A stretch of DNA of 64,000 nt, taken from NCBI GenBank assembly GCA_964547425.1, contig CAZJNH010000007.1, positions 4,981 to 68,980 on the forward strand. The letters run 5' to 3'. This stretch comes from an uncultured Candidatus Saccharibacteria bacterium (lineage in GTDB: Bacteria; Patescibacteriota; Saccharimonadia; UBA4664; CAZJNH01). Below, piece after piece: positions 1 through 9,128 of this stretch; the first letter of the stretch is position 1, and every line of letters starts with the position of its first letter. Under the pieces are notes generated by a model, which searched no databases, was not told where the DNA came from, and saw nothing but the letters and a program-made list of their open reading frames with translations. The position numbers were made by a program, and so were the translations under genes.

Positions 1-188
1 GTTGGTGGCGGGGCTGGTGCGGGGGCGGGAGTTGGAGTTGGAGTTGGAGCCGGTGATGGCGCGGCAGGCGGCGGAGTTTCGGTGGCGGCGGATTTGACCA
101 TCGGCAAGCCGCAATTGGCACAAAAATCCTTACCGCCAATCGTGACGGACTGCTGGCCTCCGCAATTTGCGCACCCTCCGTTGCCCAT
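1..188 (-). CDS. 5' part of a zinc-ribbon protein with Pro/Thr-rich linker (runs off the window start)
   Basis: Manual translation from ATG at 188: MGNGGCANCGGQQSVTIGGKDFCANCGLPMVKSAATETPPPAAPSPAPTPTPTPAPAPAPPP; two CANCG knuckles; TATACT upstream; absent from ORF track because truncated. Confidence 0.75.
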   Translation of the reverse strand, partial: MGNGGCANCGGQQSVTIGGKDFCANCGLPMVKSAATETPPPAAPSPAPTPTPTPAPAPAPPP

Positions 189-232
189 AATTCTTGCGCT
201 TAGTATACCATAAGCGCCTCAAGAAACCCTAG

Positions 233-1069
233 CTATTTAGCGGTTTTGGCGAAGCGATAAATGTGATGGATGTAGCGGACGATTACTAGTTGCCGTTTCA
301 GCCGCCAAGGCTCCATTATCAGCCGCCACAGCCACTCGAGCCCGATTTTTTGTAAAAAGTGTGGAGCTCTGGGCAGCCGCCCGCCGAGCTGGGCGTAGTC
401 GAAACTCCCGCCCTCCCCTATCAATACGCCGTGATTGATTTTGGCGGCGAGTTTGGCCATCAGCTGTTCCTGTTTTGGGAAACCGATGCCGACCAAAATA
501 ACGTCTGGTTTAGAGGTTAGGAGGGTTTTAATTAGTTCTTCTTCGAGTTCAGGATTGAGATGGCCAGTGAAGTGCCCGGCGATGTTTAGCTCTGGCCAGA
601 AGGCTTTGAGGTAAGAGGCGGTTTGGGTTATGTTGCTGCGTTTGGGTGAACCGACCAAGAATACTGACAGCTTTTGTTTGGCGCACTCGTTTAGCAGTAC
701 TTGAGTGAAGTTAATGCCGCGGAACACCTCAGGAAGTGGTGTAAGTAAACTTTTAGGATTGAGGACTATTTTGGTAAGCGTGGCAAACAGTCTAGTTGGG
801 TTGTGGTTTCCGGCGTACACATAATTCGCGCCCCAAACAATCGCGACTCCATCCGGTACGCACAGCTCGGCCCCATTCAGCAACTCGGCGATTTCTGAAT
901 TCTTAAGGGCCGTTTCCATAAACTCGACGTACGGCTTAACGATATAGGCCGGCGGTGTTTTCGGATTCTTGGCTATGGCCGCTATGTAGTCGGTAGCTTG
1001 CTTGACTGTAATCGCGTCGATTTCAACACCAAGCAGGCCGAATTTCGGAAACTTTGTTTGCCTAGACAC
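233..1069 (-). CDS. WecB/TagA/CpsF family glycosyltransferase
   Basis: PDGVAIVW, LVGIGFPKQE, GEGGSFD, RAP..LQKIGLEWLWRL motifs; likely GTG start at 1069 with GGAGG upstream. Confidence 0.9.
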   Translation of the reverse strand: MSRQTKFPKFGLLGVEIDAITVKQATDYIAAIAKNPKTPPAYIVKPYVEFMETALKNSEIAELLNGAELCVPDGVAIVWGANYVYAGNHNPTRLFATLTKIVLNPKSLLTPLPEVFRGINFTQVLLNECAKQKLSVFLVGSPKRSNITQTASYLKAFWPELNIAGHFTGHLNPELEEELIKTLLTSKPDVILVGIGFPKQEQLMAKLAAKINHGVLIGEGGSFDYAQLGGRLPRAPHFLQKIGLEWLWRLIMEPWRLKRQLVIVRYIHHIYRFAKTAK

Positions 1070-2291
1070 TTTTAACCTCCGCCCCGCCAACCGTTAGCCC
1101 GGCTAATGTCCAGTAAGTTAAAGCCGTAGAACTGTCCGCCCAGCCGTGGAGGAATAAGTTTACGATACTCACACCTATGAGCGCCGCCAGTAAGGGTCCG
1201 GCCAGGCCGGGTTTGTCTTTCCAGGCTAACAGTTGTTTGCCCAAGACGTAATTAATGGCCAGGAATAATATTAGGCCCAGCATCCCAACTTCGAGGGCCA
1301 GCTGCAGATAGTAATTCTCTGTGATAATTGGGTGCGCTGACGAGAATGAAGCCGGGCCGGCCGCCCCGAGGCCGAGCCCTAGCGGGTGCTTGATCACCTT
1401 TTTCGTTCCTTCGATAACCGCACGCAGATGCTGGCTGTCGGGTCCGCCTTTTGCGCCTTGGCTCCTAATTAAGAGCGAACTCCCGGACCGGCTAATTTGC
1501 CAGGCGCCGACAAGCAACACAGCTAATATCGCAACTCCAATTTTGACCCTGTAGCGTCGCGGCACCTCGATTAGCAGCACGATTATGATCGCGGTAGCGG
1601 CGCCGATCCAGGCGCTGCGGGAGTCGGTAAAAAACAAAGCCAGCAGTTCTGCACCCAAAAGTGCGAACTGCCAGATTTTTTTCTGCCGGTAAGCAAGCTT
1701 CATGGTCAGCGCGATCGGCAAAATCAAAAACGCGCCAAGCTGGTTGGGACCCCCGAGAGTTGACGGAAAGCGATGGAGATTGCCATATGGCAGCGATGGC
1801 GGAACGGTAGACGGGCCGTAGCCGAACCGGACCAAAAAATTTGCCGGCAGGAAAAAATTTTCAGCGATCGCAAATAAGCTCACGGCTGCGGTCGAGGCCA
1901 GAAGAACTTTTTGGCCAAGGCGTTTAAAGTACTTGCCTGTCACTAGACTCGCCAACACAAAGGCGAGCAAAAAAACCAAGTCGGTTTTGGCGCCGCGCAG
2001 GATCGCCGATCGGCTGCCGTTAGCGAACGCCGCGGTTACGAGCAGGCTAACGGCGGCGTAGGCGGCGATCAATATCCAGAGCGGGCCGAAGTGATCTTTG
2101 AACTTTTTTGGGTTCTGATAAAAATACACGATGGCAACTAATCCCATTAAGCCAATTAAAAGCTCCTTCCATGACTGGAACAGCTCCATATGGCCGAACA
2201 GATGGCCGGCCCAGACCGACAAAAAGGCGTGAAACGGCATTACCGCCAGCAGAGTTACGCTCCCCCACCCCAGCAGTTTTTGGTGGGACAC
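1062..2291 (-). CDS. O-antigen ligase (Wzy_C) family membrane protein
   Basis: Multi-TM; STLGGPNQLGAFL, TDSRSAWIG, PLGLGLG, ENYYLQ..EVGMLG; GTG start overlaps the mreB stop. Confidence 0.85.
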   Translation of the reverse strand: MSHQKLLGWGSVTLLAVMPFHAFLSVWAGHLFGHMELFQSWKELLIGLMGLVAIVYFYQNPKKFKDHFGPLWILIAAYAAVSLLVTAAFANGSRSAILRGAKTDLVFLLAFVLASLVTGKYFKRLGQKVLLASTAAVSLFAIAENFFLPANFLVRFGYGPSTVPPSLPYGNLHRFPSTLGGPNQLGAFLILPIALTMKLAYRQKKIWQFALLGAELLALFFTDSRSAWIGAATAIIIVLLIEVPRRYRVKIGVAILAVLLVGAWQISRSGSSLLIRSQGAKGGPDSQHLRAVIEGTKKVIKHPLGLGLGAAGPASFSSAHPIITENYYLQLALEVGMLGLILFLAINYVLGKQLLAWKDKPGLAGPLLAALIGVSIVNLFLHGWADSSTALTYWTLAGLTVGGAEVKSV

Positions 2292-3298
2292 TATTTCACT
2301 CCCGCCAGGCTGCGTTTGTACTCTTCCAGGTTGTCGAGCGCGATGCCGGTGCCCTTGGCGACGCACAGAATCGGGTCCTCGGCCACGGTGCAGGGTACCC
2401 CGGTAACTTTGGTTAGCAAACGGTCGAGATTTTTGAGCAAAGCTCCGCCACCGGTCAAGATCATGCCGCGGTCGATGATGTCACTCGACAACTCCGGCGG
2501 GGTTTGTTCAAGCACCGCCCGGATGGCCAGGATAATTTTTTCCAATTCCGGCTCTATGGCTTTTGTGATCTCGTTGGAGTGGATGGTAATGGTTTTGGGC
2601 AAACCCGCTATCGTGTCTCGCCCGCGGATTTCCATTGTTGGATCCTTGGCGATTGGCATGGCACTGCCCAGCTCTTTTTTAATTACTTCGGCGGTCCGGT
2701 CCCCTACCGCCAAGCCGTATCGGCGGCGGATAAAGTCGGCGATGGCCGTATCGAGTTTGTTGCCGCCAACCCGCGCGCTTGACTGGGCGACCACTCCACC
2801 GAGTGACAAAATGGCAATCTCGGTCGTTCCCCCGCCAATATCAACTACCATATTCCCGGCGGCTGAAGCGATCGGGACCCCGGCGCCAATGGCGGCTGCG
2901 ACGGGTTCTTTAATAATGTAGGCGGCTCTGGCGCCGGCGGCTAAGGTAGCATCGATAACGGCGCGGCGTTCGGTAGAGGTAGCTCCGGCCGGGACGCAAA
3001 CCATCACGTCAGGACGGCGCAGTTTCATCCCCTGGCTGACTTTATTGATGTAGTGCCGGATCATAGCTTGGGTAACGTGAAAATCGGCAATGACACCATC
3101 GCGCAGCGGCCGGTAGGCGGTGATGTTGTCCGGCGTGCGGCCAAGCATTTCCTTGGCGTCATCGCCCACGGCTACTATGCGATTATTTTCACGGTTAATA
3201 GCCACGACGCTTGGCTCGTTGATGACGATGCCGCGTTTGGGGACATAAACCAATACATTGGCGGTACCGAGGTCGATACCGATTCTTCGGCCAAACAT
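2291..3298 (-). CDS. mreB: Rod shape-determining protein MreB/Mbl
   Basis: IGIDLGTAN, NEPSVVA, RPLRDGVIAD, VDIGGGTTE, LTGGGALL. Confidence 0.97.
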   Translation of the reverse strand: MFGRRIGIDLGTANVLVYVPKRGIVINEPSVVAINRENNRIVAVGDDAKEMLGRTPDNITAYRPLRDGVIADFHVTQAMIRHYINKVSQGMKLRRPDVMVCVPAGATSTERRAVIDATLAAGARAAYIIKEPVAAAIGAGVPIASAAGNMVVDIGGGTTEIAILSLGGVVAQSSARVGGNKLDTAIADFIRRRYGLAVGDRTAEVIKKELGSAMPIAKDPTMEIRGRDTIAGLPKTITIHSNEITKAIEPELEKIILAIRAVLEQTPPELSSDIIDRGMILTGGGALLKNLDRLLTKVTGVPCTVAEDPILCVAKGTGIALDNLEEYKRSLAGVK

Positions 3299-3323
3299 AC
3301 AGCAGTAGTATAAACTTTAAATT

Positions 3324-4682
3324 ATGTTACGCCGAGCGCTGGTCGCAGCCAGCTATATCGTTGGGGGTTTGGTTATTATTGGCGCCACGGTCGGACTGGT
3401 GGCGTACGGCAAGGGCTATAGCTACGACTTTAAAAACCACCGGTTTATACTGAACGGCCTGGTGATTTTAGAGTCCTCCCCCAGTGGCGGCAAAGTATTA
3501 ATTAACGGGCTGGACGCGCATCACAGCACTCCCTACCGCTCGACAATTGAGTCCGGTGACTACACTTTTTCCGTGGTTAAGGATGGTTTTAGGACCTGGA
3601 CCAAAACTCTGACTTTGATCCCCAGTGAAGTGACCTTCGCCCAGTACGTCGTGTTATTTCCGACTACGATTACCACTGAACCAACTAAACTAGCGGTGGC
3701 AGCCTATGGCTTAGCCGATAGCCCCAACCGCAAGCGGCTGGCGTATTTGTCCAGCGGGAAAAAGCCGGCGGTCTACTTGATGGATGCTATCAGCCGGATG
3801 AGTAAGCGCTATTATGCCGCGCGGGCAGGTGAAACTTTAACCTCAGTGTCATGGTCCGATGACGGATCTAGGCTGCTGCTAGCGACTACTTACAAAAAAC
3901 GGGCCCACTTTCTAGTGCTTGATGCGGTAGGTACCGCCCCGGCCGAAGATTTAACCGATTTATTCAACCAGGACTTTAGGCAGCTGAAATTTAACCCGGC
4001 CAACCGGGACGAGCTGTACTGGATTAGCCCGGAGTCCAACTTGCACCGCCTAAATCTAGCCGAAAGGACGGCTTCGGCGGTTCTGGCCAGCAATGTTAGC
4101 TCGTTAGGTTTTGGCGGAGGCCGGGTGTTTTTCGTCCAGACTACCCCGCTGGGCCAGTCTTTGTTTAGCCTTGACCGGTCGGGACACAAAACGGAGCTGA
4201 TCCAGGCTTTGGCTAAAAGTGATAGTTATGAAATTTTAGAGGAGAATCACAAGGACAAGGATTACCTGGTGGTCGTCCCGGCCAGAGCCCGAACTGCAAC
4301 GATTTATCAGGACTTTTTTAGCGGCCATCCCGTCGCGACGGTAATCGGCAAAGGCGTTGATAAGATAGTTGCCAGCCCAAACGGACGCTTTTTAGCGGCG
4401 TATGGTGCGGGTAGTGTTGTGGCTTATGATCTGGAAAAGACTCGCCATTATGACTTTAAATTGTCCAAGCATTCGATCGATAACTTGGGCTGGTATGACG
4501 ATTTCCATTTACTTGCCACCGTTAACGGCCAGCCGGAGATCGTTGAATTCGATGGCGGCAACCTTACTCTCTTACCCGGCGGATTACAGGGAACGGTTTT
4601 TAGCTCTCCCGACCGAGCTAATCTCATTGGCCTAAGCAAGGACAAGGCCGCTACCAGCGTGGTTTACGAATTGCTTAAGTAA
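3324..4682 (+). CDS. Membrane-anchored PEGA-domain protein with C-terminal beta-propeller (CPR-type)
   Basis: N-terminal TM then YGKGYSYD..GLVILESSPSGGKVLING..TP..GDYTFSVVKDGFRTW; SPN/WSDDG propeller-like repeats; W.DD.HL..EFDGGN tail. Confidence 0.8.
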   Translation: MLRRALVAASYIVGGLVIIGATVGLVAYGKGYSYDFKNHRFILNGLVILESSPSGGKVLINGLDAHHSTPYRSTIESGDYTFSVVKDGFRTWTKTLTLIPSEVTFAQYVVLFPTTITTEPTKLAVAAYGLADSPNRKRLAYLSSGKKPAVYLMDAISRMSKRYYAARAGETLTSVSWSDDGSRLLLATTYKKRAHFLVLDAVGTAPAEDLTDLFNQDFRQLKFNPANRDELYWISPESNLHRLNLAERTASAVLASNVSSLGFGGGRVFFVQTTPLGQSLFSLDRSGHKTELIQALAKSDSYEILEENHKDKDYLVVVPARARTATIYQDFFSGHPVATVIGKGVDKIVASPNGRFLAAYGAGSVVAYDLEKTRHYDFKLSKHSIDNLGWYDDFHLLATVNGQPEIVEFDGGNLTLLPGGLQGTVFSSPDRANLIGLSKDKAATSVVYELLK

Positions 4683-5694
4683 AAATGTGTTTGATACCGG
4701 AACCGAGGTTGCTGAAAAACTGTCCGATTTGAGATAGGAATCCTGGAGCGCTGCCTGGGAGGCGGATTTTTGTTAGGTCGATCCCGGCCTGCTCAACCGG
4801 CGGGCTGTGATACGTTTGCGGAGTCGGGCTAATTTGCTTGGCCGAAACAACCAGCCGTCGCCAGCTGGTGCCAGGCGGCGTACAGGTGATTAATGTTACT
4901 GTCGGTTCGGTGGTTTGTCTTAGGACAGTTAGGTCGGTGGGCTGGACGATCTTAGTTTTAGTAACCTGGTAGATATAGTGGCGGGATTTGTAGTTGATGC
5001 TGAATTTGTCGCCTACAACCATTTTGTCGAGCAGGACGAAAACGAATTTATAGTGGCCTGGCTGCCACCAGTCGTTCGAAGAGTGGCCGACGATCACCGA
5101 GTTGCCTGGCTCGCCCGGGTTTGGCGTCGTGCCGTAGTGCACTACCCCGTTTTGAAGCGACTTAAGTACCGCGGCTTCATTAATGCTCGGTTGGTACACT
5201 ACCGGCGCGTTCACTTTAATTTTCGGTATTTGGATCAGAGACGCTGGGCCAACGACGGCGGTTTTGGCGGCCGGCGTGGTTTGGGCGACCGGCTGGGCTT
5301 TGGTGGTCCAGTATTTGATCTGGCTAATGATGATTTCGGATTTGAACACAACCAGCAGCAGCAGAAATGAAGCCACGGCGGAAACGATCGGCCGGGCTTT
5401 TGAAGGTAACGGACGGATTTTGCGGTTGTTACTTACCCATTCGGCGGGCATGCCGGCGGGCGGGATCTGGCTGGTCAGTTTTTTGCCGGGTAAATCGGTC
5501 TCGACTTTTTTGGTTGGGGGTTCTGGTGGCACCTCGGTCGCGCTGACAGGTGAAGAATCTTTCAATAAAGGATGATCCCCCTGCAAATGGCTGTCGGTTA
5601 ACGCCGCAATACGAGCCCTCGCCTCGGCTGCTAGATCGGGCCGAGTGCTGTGGGATTTGGGAATGTGTAGGGCTTCGTCGGCTGAATTACTCAT
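4675..5694 (-). CDS. Sortase family protein
   Basis: IPKIKVNAPV, LQNGVVHY, PGEPGNSVIVGHSS, VTLITCTPPG..RRLVV (His/Cys/Arg triad). Confidence 0.92.
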   Translation of the reverse strand: MSNSADEALHIPKSHSTRPDLAAEARARIAALTDSHLQGDHPLLKDSSPVSATEVPPEPPTKKVETDLPGKKLTSQIPPAGMPAEWVSNNRKIRPLPSKARPIVSAVASFLLLLVVFKSEIIISQIKYWTTKAQPVAQTTPAAKTAVVGPASLIQIPKIKVNAPVVYQPSINEAAVLKSLQNGVVHYGTTPNPGEPGNSVIVGHSSNDWWQPGHYKFVFVLLDKMVVGDKFSINYKSRHYIYQVTKTKIVQPTDLTVLRQTTEPTVTLITCTPPGTSWRRLVVSAKQISPTPQTYHSPPVEQAGIDLTKIRLPGSAPGFLSQIGQFFSNLGSGIKHIFT

Positions 5695-5792
5695 AATACT
5701 TCCTGTCTAAGTATACTAGGTTGCAAAAGTGGAAATGGTGTAATACTATACAACATTAGCGCTTTCTTATCAAGAGTTACAATGCTAAATAA

Positions 5793-5879
5793 GGGCGAGT
5801 GGCGGAACTGGCAGACGCACAGGACTCAAAATCCTGCGGTAGCAATACCATGTGGGTTCGACCCCCACCTCGCCCACCA
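5793..5879 (+). tRNA. tRNA-Leu(CAA)
   Basis: GGGCGAG/CTCGCCC acceptor stem, CAGGA-CTCAAAA-TCCTG anticodon arm, long variable arm, GTTCGAC T-loop, encoded CCA. Confidence 0.97.
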
Positions 5880-5892
5880 TCTGTCATTCTCC

Positions 5893-5974
5893 AACTTGTA
5901 ACTGTCTCCTCTGGAAAGGGTTACACCCTTAACAGGTTAGCGAAATACAAGTTTTTTGTTTTTTTTGACTCAAA
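5893..5974. repeat. Dispersed palindromic repeat, copy 1 (REP/MITE-like)
   Basis: Core AAGGGT-TAC-ACCCTT 5916-5930, outer IR AACTTGTA/TACAAGTT, TTTGACTCAAA 5964-5974; matches copies at about 51850, 60380 and 61376. Confidence 0.85.
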
Positions 5975-5977
5975 TTT

Positions 5978-6829
5978 TTAGAACTGGTCGGAGGCTTGCC
6001 GGATAGTTTTGGAGATTAGCTTGAGGAGTTCGGGTTGGGTTAGGCGTTCTTCTGGCAGTTCGCGCGAGGCTTTGGCGATTAAATAAGCGGCTGTCGTCAG
6101 CCCCTCGAAAGGTTTGCGCAGGTTTTGCAGCCAGATTACGCTCGCTACTCCAAAGACTACCGTTGCTGGCACCGGCTGCCACGGAGTGACGCTGATTTGC
6201 TGGCCGGCCGCCACAATCAGCTCGGGTCCGTAGACTAGAAATTGAGCTCCAGTTTCGTGAGCCAGAGTTTTGATGATGTCGATCTTGCCGATAAGGCTCG
6301 ATTCTTTGATGTTGATATGAAGTTTGAGGTACTTTGCCAGCTTAAACAGGTCTGGCATCGTGGCGATGACCATCCGGTTGTGCCCTACGAGCAGTTGCGG
6401 ATGGAATTTCATCAAGTCAAACGCTTCGTCGAAGACGATGGCAGGTTTAGCGGCCTTAGTTAAAATTGATTCGATGACGGTAGCGGTTTCACTGTTGCTG
6501 GATAAGCTGGCGCCGATCGCTACGGCGTCTGCGTCCTCAACTAGGCTGACGATCTGGGCGGTCGAGTCTTTGGCGATCGACCCGGCGTGGGTCGAGGGCA
6601 CAAAAGTGAACGATTCACCCGGCAAAAATTTCCTTAAACTGTCCGGCAGAACTACCCGGCACTCCCCAATCTCGGCGGCTTCGGCGGCGGCATAGACATT
6701 CTGGATCGCGTTAAATTCCTGGCTATGCCCACCGACCAACAGTAATCTGCCGGCAAAACGACCACCGACCGGTCGCGTCCAGAGCAAATTAGGAAACAGC
6801 GGATCCTTGTCTTGGCGTAGAAAATCCAC
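5978..6829 (-). CDS. Divergent NnrD/YjeF-C carbohydrate kinase-like protein
   Basis: GRLLLVGGH, ADAVAIG.SLSSNSET, ribokinase-like layout; canonical GTGD motif absent. Confidence 0.65.
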   Translation of the reverse strand: MDFLRQDKDPLFPNLLWTRPVGGRFAGRLLLVGGHSQEFNAIQNVYAAAEAAEIGECRVVLPDSLRKFLPGESFTFVPSTHAGSIAKDSTAQIVSLVEDADAVAIGASLSSNSETATVIESILTKAAKPAIVFDEAFDLMKFHPQLLVGHNRMVIATMPDLFKLAKYLKLHINIKESSLIGKIDIIKTLAHETGAQFLVYGPELIVAAGQQISVTPWQPVPATVVFGVASVIWLQNLRKPFEGLTTAAYLIAKASRELPEERLTQPELLKLISKTIRQASDQF

Positions 6830-7665
6830 TACTTAACTAGGGCCTTGAGCCTGTCCAAGTTGGCTTTGTCCGGCCCGTTGTCGTCGAGTCCGGGAACTTC
6901 CATCATTCCGGGCATGTCCTTCATCTTTGGATGGTTAACTAGCGCCGCGAAGCCCGTTTTGCCGATTTTGCCGTCGCCGATGTTCTCGTGCCGGTCGAGA
7001 TGGCTATTCAATTCACCTTTCGAGTCATTGAGATGCAAACAGACCAGCTGCTCGAGCCCTATTAGCTTGTCAAACTTTTCCAGCAATTTATCCCACTCGT
7101 CGGTAGTTCTGACGTCGTAGCCACTTGCAAACAGATGGCAGGTGTCGAGGCAGAATTTGACCCGCTTTGGCTTACCCATCTTTTCGTAAATTTCGGCGAG
7201 TTCCTCGAAGGTATCGCCGATCACACTGCCTTGTCCGGCGGCGTTTTCTAGGATTAAGTAACTGTTTTTGCCGCCTTCGAGGGCTTGGTTTAAAGCGTCC
7301 GCGACTTTTGTTGCCGCTTCACTAAACTCCAGCCCGCTGTGCGACCCCATATGGGTAACAACTCCCGTAACACCTAACTGATCGGCCACGCCCAACATGT
7401 CTCGCATAGCGGTAATAGATTTTTGCCTTAGCTCATCGTTAGCTGTACCGTACGCGACCAGATAAAGCATGTGAATAAAGGCTTCCATCCCCTCTTTTTT
7501 GCAGGCATCACGAAAACCGGCGGCTTTTTCCTCCGAGTAAACCGTTTGCCGCCAAGTTCGCGGGCTGCCGGCGAAAATTTGCAGTACGTCGGCGCCCATT
7601 GCTTTTGCCCTGGTGGGGGTACCTGCCAGATCGCCGGCGGTCGATAGATGCATACCAAAACGCAT
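6829..7665 (-). CDS. nfo: Endonuclease IV (AP endonuclease)
   Basis: GMHLS.AG, QIF..SPR.W, H.G, LENAAGQG, CLDTCH.FASGYD, HLNDSK..DRHENIG.G. Confidence 0.95.
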   Translation of the reverse strand: MRFGMHLSTAGDLAGTPTRAKAMGADVLQIFAGSPRTWRQTVYSEEKAAGFRDACKKEGMEAFIHMLYLVAYGTANDELRQKSITAMRDMLGVADQLGVTGVVTHMGSHSGLEFSEAATKVADALNQALEGGKNSYLILENAAGQGSVIGDTFEELAEIYEKMGKPKRVKFCLDTCHLFASGYDVRTTDEWDKLLEKFDKLIGLEQLVCLHLNDSKGELNSHLDRHENIGDGKIGKTGFAALVNHPKMKDMPGMMEVPGLDDNGPDKANLDRLKALVK

Positions 7666-7687
7666 ATGGACAGTATAAGGCAGGAAC

Positions 7688-7909
7688 CTACTCTAGTTCG
7701 AGTTCGTCGTCGTCGCTAAATTCGAGCTGCTCATAGTAAACCGGCATTTTTTGGCCGACCTGGTAGCGGCGGACGACCTCTTCGGCGTCATCCTCGTCAA
7801 ACCCTAAGCCGGTAATTTGTTTGACCTTCGTCACGGGATCAGAGTCGGAGAGCAAAACTTCTTCAAGCTTTTTCTCCCGCCAAATCTCGCTTTCGAATTC
7901 GGTTTCCAT
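7688..7909 (-). CDS. Small acidic hypothetical protein
   Basis: ATG at 7909 preceded by AAGGAGGG; Asp/Glu-rich. Confidence 0.6.
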   Translation of the reverse strand: METEFESEIWREKKLEEVLLSDSDPVTKVKQITGLGFDEDDAEEVVRRYQVGQKMPVYYEQLEFSDDDELELE

Positions 7910-8071
7910 CGCGCCCTCCTTATGTTGCCCCATAGCTTACGGGGGCGTCCGGCTTGGTACATTAGCAGTTATGCCAAGAGTCGAAAATAAAAACCTATGC
8001 TTTTTTGGAACGCCACCCACCTTTCACAAAAACTAGGCAAAATCACAACTAATTTTTCGTCACCTAGACCT

Positions 8072-8100
8072 TTGCACAAAATAGCCATAACTGCTACAAT
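8072..8100 (+). promoter_or_regulatory. Sigma70-type promoter for the 8135 ORF
   Basis: TTGCAC-N17-TACAAT with extended TG. Confidence 0.6.
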
Positions 8101-8134
8101 CTGTCGCTGGTGTTGTACTCGAGGGGAGGCATCA

Positions 8135-8452
8135 ATGACTCTGTTGGACACCGAACAGGACGTACTGGAGGATCATCCGTCACCTGGCCTGCTGGAGCTT
8201 TCGCTCGAAGTCGAACGTTTGGTTCAGAGCGCGGCCGAGGATCTGCAGGAGACGGGACGGTTCATCCGTTTAGCTCAGAGGCAGATGAATTCGGGTGAGG
8301 AGATCGAGGATTTCCTCAAACGCGTTGCCGCTAGGCACTCAAAGGCGCAAGCGGCTTTCGTCACCATCTACGATCCGCCGAGCCTTTACGGACCCGGGCT
8401 TGACCCAACTCCGCCGCGAAAGCAGCGGCATCGACAGAAGTCCCGGCACTAG
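8135..8452 (+). CDS. Hypothetical helical protein (orphan)
   Basis: ATG 8135 after GGGGAGG; own promoter and terminator; GC-rich codon use. Confidence 0.6.
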   Translation: MTLLDTEQDVLEDHPSPGLLELSLEVERLVQSAAEDLQETGRFIRLAQRQMNSGEEIEDFLKRVAARHSKAQAAFVTIYDPPSLYGPGLDPTPPRKQRHRQKSRH

Positions 8453-8481
8453 ACTGTAGCACCTGCCTGCCAGCAAGGCAT

Positions 8482-8508
8482 AAGGGGCCCCCAAAAGGGC
8501 CCCTTTAG
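8482..8508. terminator. Intrinsic terminator hairpin between convergent genes
   Basis: AAGGGGCCC-CCAAAA-GGGCCCCTT. Confidence 0.7.
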
Positions 8509-8512
8509 CTAT

Positions 8513-9085
8513 TTAAGCGTGGCGTTTTGGGCGGACCAGCAGATAAACCGCTGTCACAAACATACTTAAAGCCCAGCCGATTAGTGTGATTAGCTGGGTC
8601 TTTTGTTCGCGCTGTTCAACTTCTTTGAGCGACCGGGCAACAAGCACAAAGCCACCAGATTTCTGAGGATCGTCGGACGAGTAAGGGACAAGCACTGCGG
8701 CGAATCGGTCGCTGCCCGTCGGCTGCCAAGTGAATCGCAGTTCTTTCCCGTGATTTGTGCCATTTTCAAACACTCCTCTGGGCGGAATCGGTACCTCTCC
8801 GTTTAATATCACGTTGCTGGCAATCGGTTTCAGCTGCTGATCGTCAAAGACTATATAAAACGGAGCTAAACTTAAATCCGGCTGGACTATCGGCTGCCCG
8901 GCGACAAGACTCGAGGGTGAACGGCCCAGGCTTAAAGTTCGCGCACCGTCTTCCGCTATCTGGATTTGAGGATCGTTGGCAGCACTGCGCTGGTCTTGTT
9001 GGACCGCACCGTAGACCGTCCCGAAGATCAAGGTAATGATTGCGAACGGGGCTAGAAGTGTAGCTAAAGAGATAAGTTTTTTCAT
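8513..9085 (-). CDS. Two-TM membrane protein with extracytoplasmic sensor-like domain
   Basis: QQ..R..ANDPQIQIAED, SLAPF, P.PP.GVF, FTWQP, ARSL.EVE.RE; resembles a conserved CPR hypothetical. Confidence 0.7.
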   Translation of the reverse strand: MKKLISLATLLAPFAIITLIFGTVYGAVQQDQRSAANDPQIQIAEDGARTLSLGRSPSSLVAGQPIVQPDLSLAPFYIVFDDQQLKPIASNVILNGEVPIPPRGVFENGTNHGKELRFTWQPTGSDRFAAVLVPYSSDDPQKSGGFVLVARSLKEVEQREQKTQLITLIGWALSMFVTAVYLLVRPKRHA

Positions 9086-9128
9086 GGCTCAAGTATACAC
9101 CGCGTCGGCCGATTGATATGATTGGGCA

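Noticed and set aside
5799-5981. 60-aa ORF, and likewise the ORF at 21069-21359
   Set aside because: They overlap tRNA-Leu and tRNA-Gln respectively; spurious
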